From positions 34,224,001-34,288,000 of the forward strand of contig OX597825.1 of the NCBI GenBank assembly GCA_951406725.2: a stretch of DNA of 64,000 bases, in the 5' to 3' direction. This stretch comes from Octopus vulgaris. Taxonomy: Eukaryota. The notes under the pieces are model-generated. The model was not told the origin of the DNA, did not search any database, and was given only the letters and a program-made list of their open reading frames with translations. This document shows, in pieces, positions 26,877 to 38,676 of the stretch; the first letter of the stretch is position 1; every line of letters begins with the position of its first letter. Position numbers and translations under genes: made by a program.

Positions 26877-27444
26877 CATTATTATTATTATTATTATTGA
26901 GTGAGAGAGTAGTGCATGCCATCAAAATGACACTGGGGTACAAATATACGAAGCTCAATACACATATCATGACTACCTGTCTGATAAGGGTGCATCAGAC
27001 ACATGCATCACAACCATATATGCATGACATGTGATTTCATATCAAGATAAACAGTGCATGACCAGGTGGTGTCCAGTTAGAATTTTCTTCAGGTTGAGCA
27101 GCCCCATCCAGCTCAAAAGTCCTTGAATAGGGTTTGTTTAAGGATGATGAACAAGACACCCATGTTTCCAGGGATGAATTATTCAAACCCCAAAGAATTC
27201 CTCTCAACACATAGCTATGATGCTCACCAACTGCTTCTGCTTGTGACCAAAGATGTACATACTGTCAGCCATTAAAGAACATGCTCAACTGGTTATGGTC
27301 AAGCAACTGACAAGCGAATCTGTGGTATTGAGCAGAATGTTTGCTGTTGCCCATCTTTTATACCACGACAAAACATGTACATGATAACACTTCCAATCAT
27401 TTAAGATCAAAAGCTATGAGAGCTAGTACTGTATCAGGGCATTT

Positions 27445-27640
27445 ATTACCTCCACCTTAGCGAAGGCAGAGGTATTGCTTTCAGTTGTGTTTGTTTGTTT
27501 GTTTGTCTGTGAACAAAATATCTCAAGAACTGCTGGATGGTTTTAGATGAAACTTTCAGGGATGTTTGGCCTCATGACTGGCACAAACTGATTAGATTTG
27601 CGGATTGGTCCAGTACCAGACAAGGTTCTGGATTATTCGT
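27445..27640 (+). mobile_element. Helentron-associated non-autonomous element (HINE/DINE-1-like) 5' end
   Basis: ttattacctccacc..ggcagaggt short inverted repeat, followed by (GTTT/GTCT)n and atatctcaagaac..ggatgg..atgaaact. Confidence 0.55.
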
Positions 27641-28603
27641 TATATTTATTTTACTTTACATGAAGTATTACGATCTTATGTTGGCTTTCAAGTCTTTCTC
27701 TGATTATCTCCCATAAAAAGCACACTCATGGTTTCCACATAGGTTATGGTGGCATTGCTGTTTCCAAAGTTTTATTTCTGTTTCTCTATCATTATTATTA
27801 TTATTTACATCCCTATCTTTGTAGAGACTGATGAATAAAGAAATCAAACTACATAAACAAACAGCAGCAAAAAACGTTCAGAAATTAAATAGCATTAACA
27901 TATTCAGTAGCAATAATAGATTTAATCTATCCTTGAAAATTTTTAGTTTTACCAATTTTGAATACATCACTCCTGCTTAAAACCTCTTAACCATTTCGCA
28001 ATTTCATTTCTAGCTCTCCCTTGACGGAAGCTTTACTCCTTTAGCTCGCATTTTTTTGCCCAACAATTTTATAAAACCTCCGTTAACTGCACTGTATGCA
28101 GGTCCTTTCCATTTCCTTTCACTCGCGGATAAGTTTTTCTCTATAGACCTTAATGGTTGTAAAGACACTATAAACAGCCTACAACCTTGCAGGTGGGGCC
28201 CAGTTAGAGTCTTCTTCAGGTTGAGTAGCCCACTCTGCTCATGACCCAAACAAAACTATGACAAGATTTGAACTCAAAAACACATTGAGTTGGAACAAAT
28301 ACCACAAGATACTTGATCCAATGATTTTGTAGTTCTGTTCATCCGTCTCCCTGGATTAATACTTTTTTTTTCATCAACCCTGAAAGGATGAAAGGTGAAT
28401 TTGACATAAGAATGCACAAATGACTATTTTCCAATAAATTTTGGATATTTCCAAGTTTGCTCAGTGAAGAAATAACAATTAATACAGCAGGTGGTATGTT
28501 TAGATTCTGTTGTGGGCGTCATTGTTGTTTATATCCCCATAACTTAGTGGTCTGATGATAGAGCCTTATAAATAAGCTCTGGGATTAATGTGTTCATCTG
28601 AAC

Positions 28604-28958
28604 CAGAGGTTCTCAACTGGGGTAAATATGGACCCTCATGCGCTATATAAGATTTTTGTGGGTCCAAGCAACAAAATAATAGATTGGGGATCCACAATAC
28701 TATTTTAAAGGCCCCTGAAAAAATTTTGCTTTACATGTATGTATTGTTATGTATTGCAAGAAACAGCTGGATGCTTTTTCTCTAACATTTTATATAGTTC
28801 GACCAACTCAAGTTAACGTGTGAAAAACAAAATAGGAATTTTAAAAGAAGTTTCTATAAAACTAGTTTTTGAACATTGAATAGTAATGAGAAGGGAGTCC
28901 ACCAGAATAAAATAGTAATGAAAGGGGTCTGTAGGTGAGAAATGGTTGAGAACTCCTG
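28604..28958. mobile_element. hAT (Charlie-like) MITE inserted in a SINE B remnant
   Basis: TIRs cagaggttctcaac / gttgagaactcctg. No clean TSD. Confidence 0.6.
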
Positions 28959-30133
28959 AACCCTTCAATGTTGTGTCCCAGCATGTTCTACAGTTCAATG
29001 AATAAAGCAAGTGAAAGATAAAAGATAAAAACAAACAAGTAGAGGAAATAAGGAACCACAACTTACTGGTTAATTAAAAATATAATTTCCACAAATCAGT
29101 GACTGCTCTGAATCAGTACAGTGTCAAGGTAAATTTTTTTTTTTAATAATTTTGATCCTTTATATTCTGATTTCAAATCTTATTGGGATCAGCTTGCTTG
29201 TTAGTTCTTTCATTGGTTTGGTAAACTAATTCTAATGAAGAGTATGGTGAATCAATATGTATGTGCTACACAGCAGCATCTAATCCACTCCTAACAAATT
29301 TGAGGCTTGAGTCTAAAGTGAGATATATTTGGTCAATGAGATTGTATGAGTACATGTGCGTGTAATTTTAGTATATTGGTGTGACTTTAATTAAATGTGT
29401 GTGTGTGTGTTATATAGGCAATTATATATAAATATAGGCAAATGTTTACATGTATACATTCATGTTTGTATACACATACATATGTGTGTATGTGTAATTC
29501 ACTTGAATAGTAGCTGAGAGCAGGAAGTTCTTGAAAGTAACAAACAGAATTTGAAAATTCACTTCAAAAACAATCCTTAGTATTCCTTTGTTTTCTTTTC
29601 CTTTTTCATTTCTTTTTACTTTTTTTTTTTTTGTCTACAATTCACAAATCTTCCCACAGATATTCCTGTACAGTACTTACTTGTTTAATATTTTCATTTA
29701 TTCAGAGACTGTCTTTTGCCACTAAAAACAATGGAACTATGATGATGTTAGCCATAAAACAAGTCAATAAAATACAGCAATTTCATCGAACCCCAGTGCT
29801 CAACTGGTACTTACTTCATCAACCCAAAAAAGAAGGCAAGCGAAGTTGACCTTGGTGGAATTTGAATTCAAAATATGGATATGGATGAAATGCTGCTAAA
29901 CATTTTGTCTGCTGTGCTATCAATTCTGCCAGTTTGCCAACCTATTGTTAATGTTAATATTAACATCATTCTTAAGTTAATGCAAACAAACTCATATTTA
30001 GGCAAAAACCATTTTAGTAAGCAGAGCAGTTTGTTCCAGGTCTTTGTTAAGGTATACTCATCCAGTATTTCTATGGTTGTATGGATGACAGTATTTCTCA
30101 AAGATTTTTACCTCTATTTTTAAAAACTTTATT

Positions 30134-30345
30134 GATGGCATAGTGGTTAAGAGCACGGGCTACTAACCCCAAGATTCCGAGTTCAATTCCAACACTAACA
30201 AAAATAATAATAATAACAATATCGAAAAATACCTTAGGAATGAGAACCAGGCTCAAAATTTCCCCATGACACCTGAAGAAAACTGGAGGGTATATCAGCC
30301 GAAACGTGTTAACAACAAACACGATGAGGACAAATATCCATTGAA
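30134..30345 (+). mobile_element. tRNA-headed SINE-like element with a degenerate minimal hammerhead
   Basis: A-box tggcatagtgg, anticodon arm ggg-ctactaa-ccc and B-box gagttcaattcc, then acac CTGAAGA aaactg..cagcc GAAA cg TG at 30269-30310. Confidence 0.6.
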
Positions 30346-30395
30346 TCTTTGCTGCTGTTGTTCAACAGATACTATCTAAGTGAAATCATATGATT

Positions 30396-30949
30396 TGTAG
30401 TAGAAATACATATTCAGTACCAGGTGGTGAAATAGCTGCGTGTATATTATTACAAGAATTCATATAGAGATGAAGAATAAATTCAAGCACTATATCTTTA
30501 CGACATAAAAATATATTTTACTGCATTTATGTTGTAAAATATATTTTACTACATAAAGATATATTTTATTTACTGGTCGATGATGATACATAATCAAAAT
30601 GTAGAATCTAATTGAATGAAGTAATCTATGCAAGAAAGTTCAGAGATAGAAAATGTAGAAATAACAGCTAAGTGGTGGTTTTCAGTCATGTGGCGTAGAG
30701 AGACATGGCAATTAGGTGAATGGCTCTTAGTCTAATCGACTAAGAAGCGAAGAGCAGGGTTTGCAAGCTGTTTTTATTAAAGGAATGCTAGACATTCTAG
30801 AAACTTCCAAGAGAAACGCTAAGCTTCTTGAATAATTAAGAATCACGTCTCATGGCATAGATGCTTCGAGAAACTTAGTAAAGGGAGGTTACTCTATAAT
30901 CTTCCTTGTAAGGAGATCATTCAGCTATTTAGCTACACAGACCACTACA
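30396..30949 (-). mobile_element. Gypsy 3' LTR
   Basis: TGTAGTGG...CTACTACA termini on the minus strand. Its 3' part matches 34124-34275 in the opposite orientation. Confidence 0.75.
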
Positions 30950-30999
30950 CACCCTAAACAGAGGTAACATTATACAATAATGAAAATAGCAAAAATGTA

Positions 31000-32950
31000 T
31001 CATCATCATCATCATCATTTAGCGTCCGTTTTCCATGCTAGCATGGGTTGGACGGTTCAACTGGGGTCTGGGGAGCCCGAAGGCTGCACCAGGCCAGTCA
31101 GATCTGGCAGTGTTTCTACAGCTGGATGCCCTTCCTAACGCCAACCACTCCGAGAGTGTAGTGGGTGATTTTATGTGCCACCGACACAGGTGCCAGACGA
31201 GGCTGGCGAACGGCCACGGTCGGATGGTGTTTTTATGTGCCACCGACACAGGTGCCAGACGAGGCTGGCAGACGGCCACGCTCGGATGGTGTTTTTATGT
31301 GCCACCGACACAGGTGCCAGATGAGGCTGGCGGACGGCCACGATCGGATGGTGTTTGTTACGTCCCCAAAGCACGGAGGCCAGTCTATGCGGTACTGGCT
31401 ACGGCCACGTTCGGATGATTTTCTTGTGTGCCACCGGCACTGGTACCACAAAGATACAAATTCCATTGATGTTCATCTATTTTGATTTGTTTTGATTTGA
31501 TTTGATTTTCACTTGCCTCAACAGGTCTTCACAAGTGTCACAAGAAGGAAGGTATGCACAGGTGGACTGACTACGTCCCAGGTAGGGGCCACGGGTTATG
31601 GCCTGACTAGTCTTGCCGGGTCTTCGGATGGTGTTTTTATGTGCCACCGACACAGGTGCCAGATGAGGCTGGCGAACGGCCACGATCGGATGGTGTTTGT
31701 TGCGTGCCCACAGCACGGAGGCCAGTCGATGCGGTACTGGCTACGGCCACGTTCGGATGGTTTTCTTGTGTGCCACCGGCACTGGTACCACAAGATACAA
31801 ATTCCATTGATGTTCATCTATTTTGATTTGATTTGATTTGATTTTGATTTTCACTTGCCTCAAAAGGTCTTCACAGGTCTTCACAAGTGTCACAAGAAGG
31901 AAGGAAGGTATGCACAGGTGGACTGACTACGTCCCAAGTAGGGGCCATGGGTTATGGCCTGACTAGTCTTGCCGGGTCTTCGGTTGGTGTTTTTATGTGC
32001 CACCGACACAGGTGCCAGATGAGGCTGGCGGACGGCCACGATCGGATGGTGTTTGTTATGTGCCCACATCACAGAGGCCAGTCGATGCGGTACTGGCTAC
32101 GGCCACGTTCGGATGGTTTTCTTGTGTGCCACCGGTACTGGTACCACAAAGATACAAATTCCATTGATGTTCATCTATTTTGATTTGGTTTGATTTGATT
32201 TGATTTGATTTTGATTTTCACTTGCCTCAACAGGTCTTCACAAGTGTCATAAGTAGGAAGGTATGCACAGGTGGACTGACTACGTCGCCGGGTCTTCGGA
32301 TGGTGTTTTTATGTGCCACCGACACAGGTGCCAGATGAGGCTGGCGAACGGCCACGATCGGATGGTTTTCTTGTGTGCCACCGGTACTGGAACCACAAAG
32401 ATACAAATTCCATTGATGTTCATCTATTTTGATTTGGTTTGATTTTCACTTGCCTCAACAGGTCTTCACAAGTTTGGTTTGATTTTCACTTGCCTCAACA
32501 GGTCTTCACAAGTGTCACACGTGTCACACACTTGCCTCAACACGTCTCCACAAGTGTCACACACTTGCCTCTGCCTCAACAGGTCTCCACAAGTGTCACA
32601 CACTTGCCTCTGCCTCAACAGGTCTTCACAAGTGTCACACACTTGCCTCAACAGGTCTTCACAAGTGTCATAAGAGGGAAGGTATGCACAGGTGGACTGA
32701 CTACGTCGCCGGGTCTTCGGATGGTGTTTTTATGTGCCACCGACACAGGTGCCAGATGAGGCTGGCGAACGGCCACGATCAGATGGTGTTTGTTGTGCCC
32801 ACAGCACGGAGGCCAGTCGATGCGGTACTGGCTACGGCCACGTTCAGATGGTTTTCTTGTGTGCCACCGGTACTGGAACCACAAAGATACAAATTCCATT
32901 GATGTTCATCTATTTTGATTTGGTTTGATTTGATTTTTGATTTTTGATTT
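31000..32950 (-). repeat. Tandem array of RTE 3'-UTR-derived units (~60-bp sub-units within ~330-370-bp units)
   Basis: Begins with the (CAT)n tail and reverse complement of the 9600-9790-type RTE 3' end. The module tgccaccgacacaggtgccag recurs, as does the ORF-end sequence gaagacccggcaag. Confidence 0.8.
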
Positions 32951-34123
32951 TCATAAAATGTCAAACTGTAGAAACAATATCACAGTTCAAATGTAATAAA
33001 TGTTTGTTAAATTCTTGGACCAATGCACTTGTCTACCGCTTTTGTTAGTCAGAATTTGTGAAGGTATGTACAAAGGATGTATTTGTAATGCTGTGTGTGT
33101 GTTGTCTGTAATGGGGTTGGAAATAGTTTTTTCAATGTGAGCCGTTTTTGGTCTATCAACAGAAATAGTGCCTTTACAACTGTTAAGATCTACGATGAAA
33201 ACTTTTATCTGTGCAAGAAAGTACATGAAAGAGTCCTGAATACGGTGCTGTTAAAGGATGTTGAATGGCATCGTTGCAAATAAAAACATGAGTCCAGGAA
33301 GAATAGTCCTTAGGCAAATATGTTTTAATGTCTTGTTTTCTGGTGTTCATATGTGGTAACTTTGACATATAATCATGCAAGCATTCAACAAAATTTATAG
33401 TATTGATATCTTGCCTGTTTTCAGGAACTTGTGCTACAGTTAGAGAAGAGATGTTTGTGAGTTGAATGACTTCTAGCCAGTGGGAAAAACGATCAATACA
33501 GGTTAATAAAAACATGTAGCCCTGACTCACAGACCAAGGCCCTACTATATCAACATGTGCTGGAATTGTGCATCTGGAGTGGAGGAAGTACCTAACGGTG
33601 CATGGATATGTTTATGTACCTTGCATCTTTGACAGTCGACACAGATACAAGTCCAATTAGCTATATCTCGACGCATGTTCGGCCAAATGAAATGAGCTGA
33701 AATAAGCTTCAATGTTGCTGTTATACCAGGATGTGAAATATTGTGTAGCGCTGAAAAAATGATACGGAGATGCTTTTGAAGAACTAAAGTGTGGGGTTTA
33801 CCAGAAGGAAAATCATAAAGGATTTGTTTGTTTGATGTCACAACTGGGAAATGTTGGAGGTCGAAAGGAATTAGTTCTGGTTGCTGTATATATTATTCAA
33901 ATCAACGGCTGGTTGACCTTCCGACATTTCATCCAAGTTAATTTCTGCAGTTGAAAATAACGTGTTTACAGGTAAACAGGATAAAGAATCTGCAACAATG
34001 TTCTCAGAAACTGGAATATATCATATATCACTCATGAATCGTGAAATGTAATCCAAATGCAGAATGTCTTTCGGAGACAACTTATCTGGCTTTCAGTATA
34101 AAGTGAATGATAATGGCTTATGG
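32951..34123 (-). pseudogene. Gypsy RNase H and integrase remnant
   Basis: HKPL..LDYISRF..NIVADSLS; LHNISHPGITAT..WPNM..CVDCQRCK; LLTCIDRFSHW; PLTAPYSG; ISVDRPKTAH. Confidence 0.85.
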
Positions 34124-35460
34124 TTATGTATCATCATCGACCAGTAAATAAAATATATTTTTATGTAGTAAATATATAGTTCTTGAATTTATTCTTCGTC
34201 TCTAAATGAACTCATGTAATAATATATACATGCAGCTATATCACCACCTGGTACTGAATATATATCTCCACTACATAAATTGGTGACTCCAACGTATCAT
34301 TATAAGTTTGGTTCTGCAGCTAGGAAATGTATTTCACTTTGTACATTTAAAACACAGGAAAACCAAAAAGCTGAACTCCAAGTGTGACTGCAGTTCCTGG
34401 CACATTTTATCCTAGTCGCGCATTTCTCGTACTAAATTTCGAGTCTAAGAAAGAATTTCTAGTTGATTCTGGAGTGTCCTGCAGTATATGGTCGTCTAAA
34501 TTTGTTAAAGAAAAACTTTTCACTTCTGCCAAATGTCTTCAAGCAGACAACAGCTCTCCTGTTAAAACTTTCGGTGAGATTTCACTCACGCTGGACTTGA
34601 ATCTCAGACGAAGTTTCCAGTGGGTTTTCATCATTGCTGACCTTCTTCATCCAATTTTAGGAGCTGATTTTCTCAACCCATTTTTCATTATTAGAGGATG
34701 TCAAAAAAAAAAAAAGAAAAGAAGAGAGACTTATTGATAGCAGTACCCTGTTATGCACTTTAGGAATATATTTCAATTCTGCTTCTGTCAGCCCACTATT
34801 TTTTATTGCAGATCGACCAAATATCAAACTTTGTTTCAATCCTTTCCTGAATTAACAAATTTAACTTTCAGTGTCAATGCTTCAACACATACAACTATTC
34901 ATCATATAACCACCAATTGATCTCCCGGTTTCTTGTGTCCTAGACGTTTACCACCTGAAAAATACAAAGCTGCTAAAGCAGAGTTCAGCCACATGCTCCA
35001 GCTTGGTATAATTCATCCTTCAAAGAGTAACTGGTCATCACCACTCCATTTAGTGAAAAAGAAATCTGGTGATTTTAGATCTACTGGTCACTATAGACGA
35101 CTCAATGCTATTACCATTCCAGATAGGTATCCTATAACACATATCAAGATTTTGCATCTTCTCTGCATGGTTGCTCTATTTTCTTGAGAATAGATTCGAT
35201 ATGAACATACCATCAGATTCCTGTCATCCCAAATGATATTCTGAAAATGGATATTGCAACTCTATTAGGGTCATTTGAACTTCTTACCATGTTCTTTGGG
35301 TTAAGGAAAGCCGCCAGTACTTTTCTGCGTTTCATTGTTGAAGTAAGATGTGGATTAGATTTTGTCTGCGCCTATATTGACGATCTTCTCATCGATAGTT
35401 CTTCCAAGAAAGAACATGAGTTTCATTTGAAGCAACTTTTTCAACGGTTTTCTCAATAAA
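34124..35460 (+). pseudogene. Gypsy partial 5' LTR, PBS, protease and RT remnant (inverted relative to the integrase)
   Basis: LTR end ccactaca at 34275 and tRNA-Trp-type PBS tggtgactccaacgt at 34281. [40 protein letters not shown] and YIDDLL. Confidence 0.85.
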
Positions 35461-35519
35461 ATATATTTCAACAATGCAGGAATTTTATTCATCAAAGTAA
35501 GTACCATTTCACTCAGCAT

Positions 35520-36345
35520 AATTTTGCCGACAAGTTACAAGTTTGTTTGTTCCACTAACAGAAAAATCTGGAGTTCTGGAGCTGATAAACTCTTTGGATT
35601 CACTTTCAGCATTGGTTTGATTTTTGAACTCCTTCACTCACAGGACACAATCAAGGTGCTTGAAAAAGTGGTAGTCAGTAGGAGAAAGGTGTGGAGAATA
35701 AGCTGGGTGGGGAAGAACTTCATAGCCAAGTCCTCCCAACTTCTGGAGTGTCATTAGTGAAACGTGCAGTTAAGCATTGTCATGAAAGATGATTGACCTT
35801 CTTCTGGGATGGAGGAGTGGCAGTTTTTCGTTCATTTTGGCAATTTCATGGCAATATGTCTCTGCAGTAATGGTTTTTCTAGGTTTAAAGAAGATATAAT
35901 GGATGAGTCTAGAAGTACACCACCAAACGGTCACCATAACCTTCTTTTTGAAGAGCTTGGGTTTGGGAAGATTTTCGGTGCTTCATGTTGGTCCAACTAT
36001 TGCAAAGAACGTTTTTTATTATTGTACAGAATCCAATTTTCATTGCAAGTTACAATTTGGTCAAGAAATGGATTGGTCTGGTTACAGAGAAGCAGCAAGC
36101 AAATTTCATATCTGTGCATTTTTTGATTTCCATTGAAATCATGTGGTACCCATTTGTCAAGCCTTTTTGATTTTCCAATCACATACAAATGGTTGCAGGC
36201 AGTTTTCTGGCTAACTTGAAGTTCATTTGCCAGTTCTCGAGTGGTTTCATGTGGATCTTTCTCAATGACGGTCTTTAGTTGATCGTCATCGATGACAGAT
36301 GGGTGTCCAGGCAAGTCTATGTCTGTGTTATCAGACAATCGCAAA
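35520..36345 (-). pseudogene. mariner transposase remnant
   Basis: GHPSVIDDDQLK, TTRELA, KWVPHD, IVTCNENWILYNN and a SPTDYH-like motif. Confidence 0.85.
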
Positions 36346-37254
36346 GAATGTTTTTAAAAAATTCAAAACTCTGCAAAAATCCAGTACGAATTCTTCATGG
36401 TTCATAATGTTGCTTACTTTTTACTGAACCTGATAATATGTTTAAAAATTTAAATTTTGAATTTAGTTTTAATAATAAAATTACATCTCTCAACACCTCA
36501 AATCATTTCTTTTTCAGCTTTAGAATTATTGGCATATGGCATTTCAGAAGAATTGTTCTTGCTATTGTGAAGACCTATGAGAAGACCAAAACTCATATGT
36601 TGTCATCTGATGGAGAAAGGGAATTTTATTGGAATAGCTGTCCTATATATGTTGTAATGGTCACAGTTGGGACGTATTTGATCATATCTGTTGCATCAGA
36701 TTGGATCAAAGATGTCTCAACTGTGACCATTCCATCTTTCTACCCAGACATAGTGGACTCTATGTGTTTATCACAGGATAGAGGTTTATTTTATTCTGTA
36801 TATATAAAAGCTTGGCTATTTTTTCTAGCAGGTCATGCAACCACATACAGGCTCCATGGTTGGTCTGTCTCAGTAATAATTTTGTTGTTATTTAGCCTCA
36901 AATCAACCTTGATACAGCAAACCTATGTTGCTATAAAAACATCTCTGGTTATTAAAGAAGGGTTTTGTTAGGGGAGTGGACATGGAAGTTGTTGTTCGCA
37001 AAAAGCAGCAGTAATTTTCTTCAGCTGAATACATGCCATTGATTGGTTAAAATTACCCAAATACAACAACTTTAACACAAAATAACTTCTAAAATACAAA
37101 ATTTTGTCAAAAACATGAAGAGTAAACTCTGTTCAGTGTGACACATTCTACCAGTATCTGAAGTTTCAAAGTGTTTAGTTACAAACAAATTCATTAAAAA
37201 ATCTGTTGGTCAGATTGAAAAGATCCATTTCTCTAATTATAAAAAAAAAGATTA

Positions 37255-38500
37255 AGAAAATAACAAGAACTCATTAGTGTTGGGGTATTTGCTGTTTCAG
37301 TTCTTTGTCTTTTGTATAGAAATATGTTTCTTTTGACATTTGAAGTGAATAATCATATTTATTTGCACTGGAAAGTACTTCACACATTCAACCATCAATT
37401 TATCATACTTAATGTATATACATGGCTGATAGGCCAACTGCTGCAGTTTTTATTCAAGAAATACATCTCTTATGGAGATGCTGTTTAAAAACATTATGTT
37501 GGAGGGAGATGAAAAATCATTCCAAGAAGTTCAAACAGCATCCAGTGTTCTCACTAGCCACTGCCGGAATGACTTTTCCACTACCGTTCGGGGGGTGGGG
37601 GGCATGTACATGCATGTGTGTTTGTGTGTGTGTGTATCTTTCACTGAAGTTTATCAGCTAAAACAGCTGGTGCTTGTCAACAAGGCTTTGTGTTTATATT
37701 TGTTTGGTGCCATGTTACACACTTCCTTGGTTGTTCTCACCATCAGGATGTGAGGGAATCTGGGGTTGGACAGTTGGACAAAGTTATTATTAAAAAACTA
37801 AAATATAAAACAAATGAAATAATCATAAGTTAAAAGCCGCTTGTGCATTTCATATGACACTCCTTAATTTATTTAAAAGGTGACAAAGTTATTAACAAAC
37901 ATACTCGATTATTCAAATAAATTTCAGTAGTCTGAATTAAGACAACACCAATAAGAATGCAACAACTGAAAACTGTCTAATATTAGACTTGTCAGTTTAA
38001 ATATAGATTTTCCTGTTCCTCCTCTCACTTTTTTTTTACTCATCTCTTTTTATTTTAAGTAGCCTTCAGTAATTCGGGCATTAAAGTAATTTCATTAATT
38101 ATTTTTTTAAAAATTAAGAAAAAGAAAAAAACAACTTATTAGTGTTGGGAAATTTCAGTTCTTTATCTTTTGTAGAGAAATATATTTTGTTTGACATAAG
38201 AAGTAAATAATCATATTTCTTTGGCTTTGAAAGAATTAGGTACTTCACTTTCTTGAAATTTAAAACAAATGGTGTTGTTTAGTTTCAAACTTCACACACA
38301 CAACCATCAATTTATCATACTTAATATATATACACCATTGATAAGCCAGTTGCTGCAGGTTTTATTCAAGAAAAAATCTCTTATGGACGTACTGTTTAAA
38401 AACACTGTATATCGGTGGGAGAGAAAAAGTCATCCCAAGATCAAACAGTATCTGTTGTTCTCACTAGCCAATGCAGGAATGACTTTTCCTCTCCCAACAA
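37255..38500 (+). repeat. Diverged local direct duplication (~37255-37585 vs ~38110-38495)
   Basis: Colinear blocks such as caaccatcaatttatcatacttaat, ttttattcaagaaa..atctcttatgga and gttctcactagcca.tgc.ggaatgacttttcc. Confidence 0.7.
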
Positions 38501-38676
38501 CATATATATATGCGGCATGCGGCAGACTACCTAGCAGTCTTGCCCTGTCAATATATACACACACATATATATATATTGGAGTGGCTGGCATTAGGAAGGG
38601 CATCCAGCCATTGAAACCATGCCAAACCAGCATGGACAATGGATGTTAAATGATGATGATGAGGATGATGATGTGG

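Noticed and set aside
30134-30195. Genuine tRNA gene
   Set aside because: No acceptor stem is evident and it runs into repeat body sequence, so it is treated as a SINE head.
31160-32950. CRISPR-like array
   Set aside because: The intervening sequences are repeated rather than unique, there are no cas genes, the context is eukaryotic, and the units derive from a LINE 3' UTR.
36438-36971. 177-aa hydrophobic ORF
   Set aside because: No recognisable motif or convincing exon boundaries; probably a chance ORF in AT-rich DNA.
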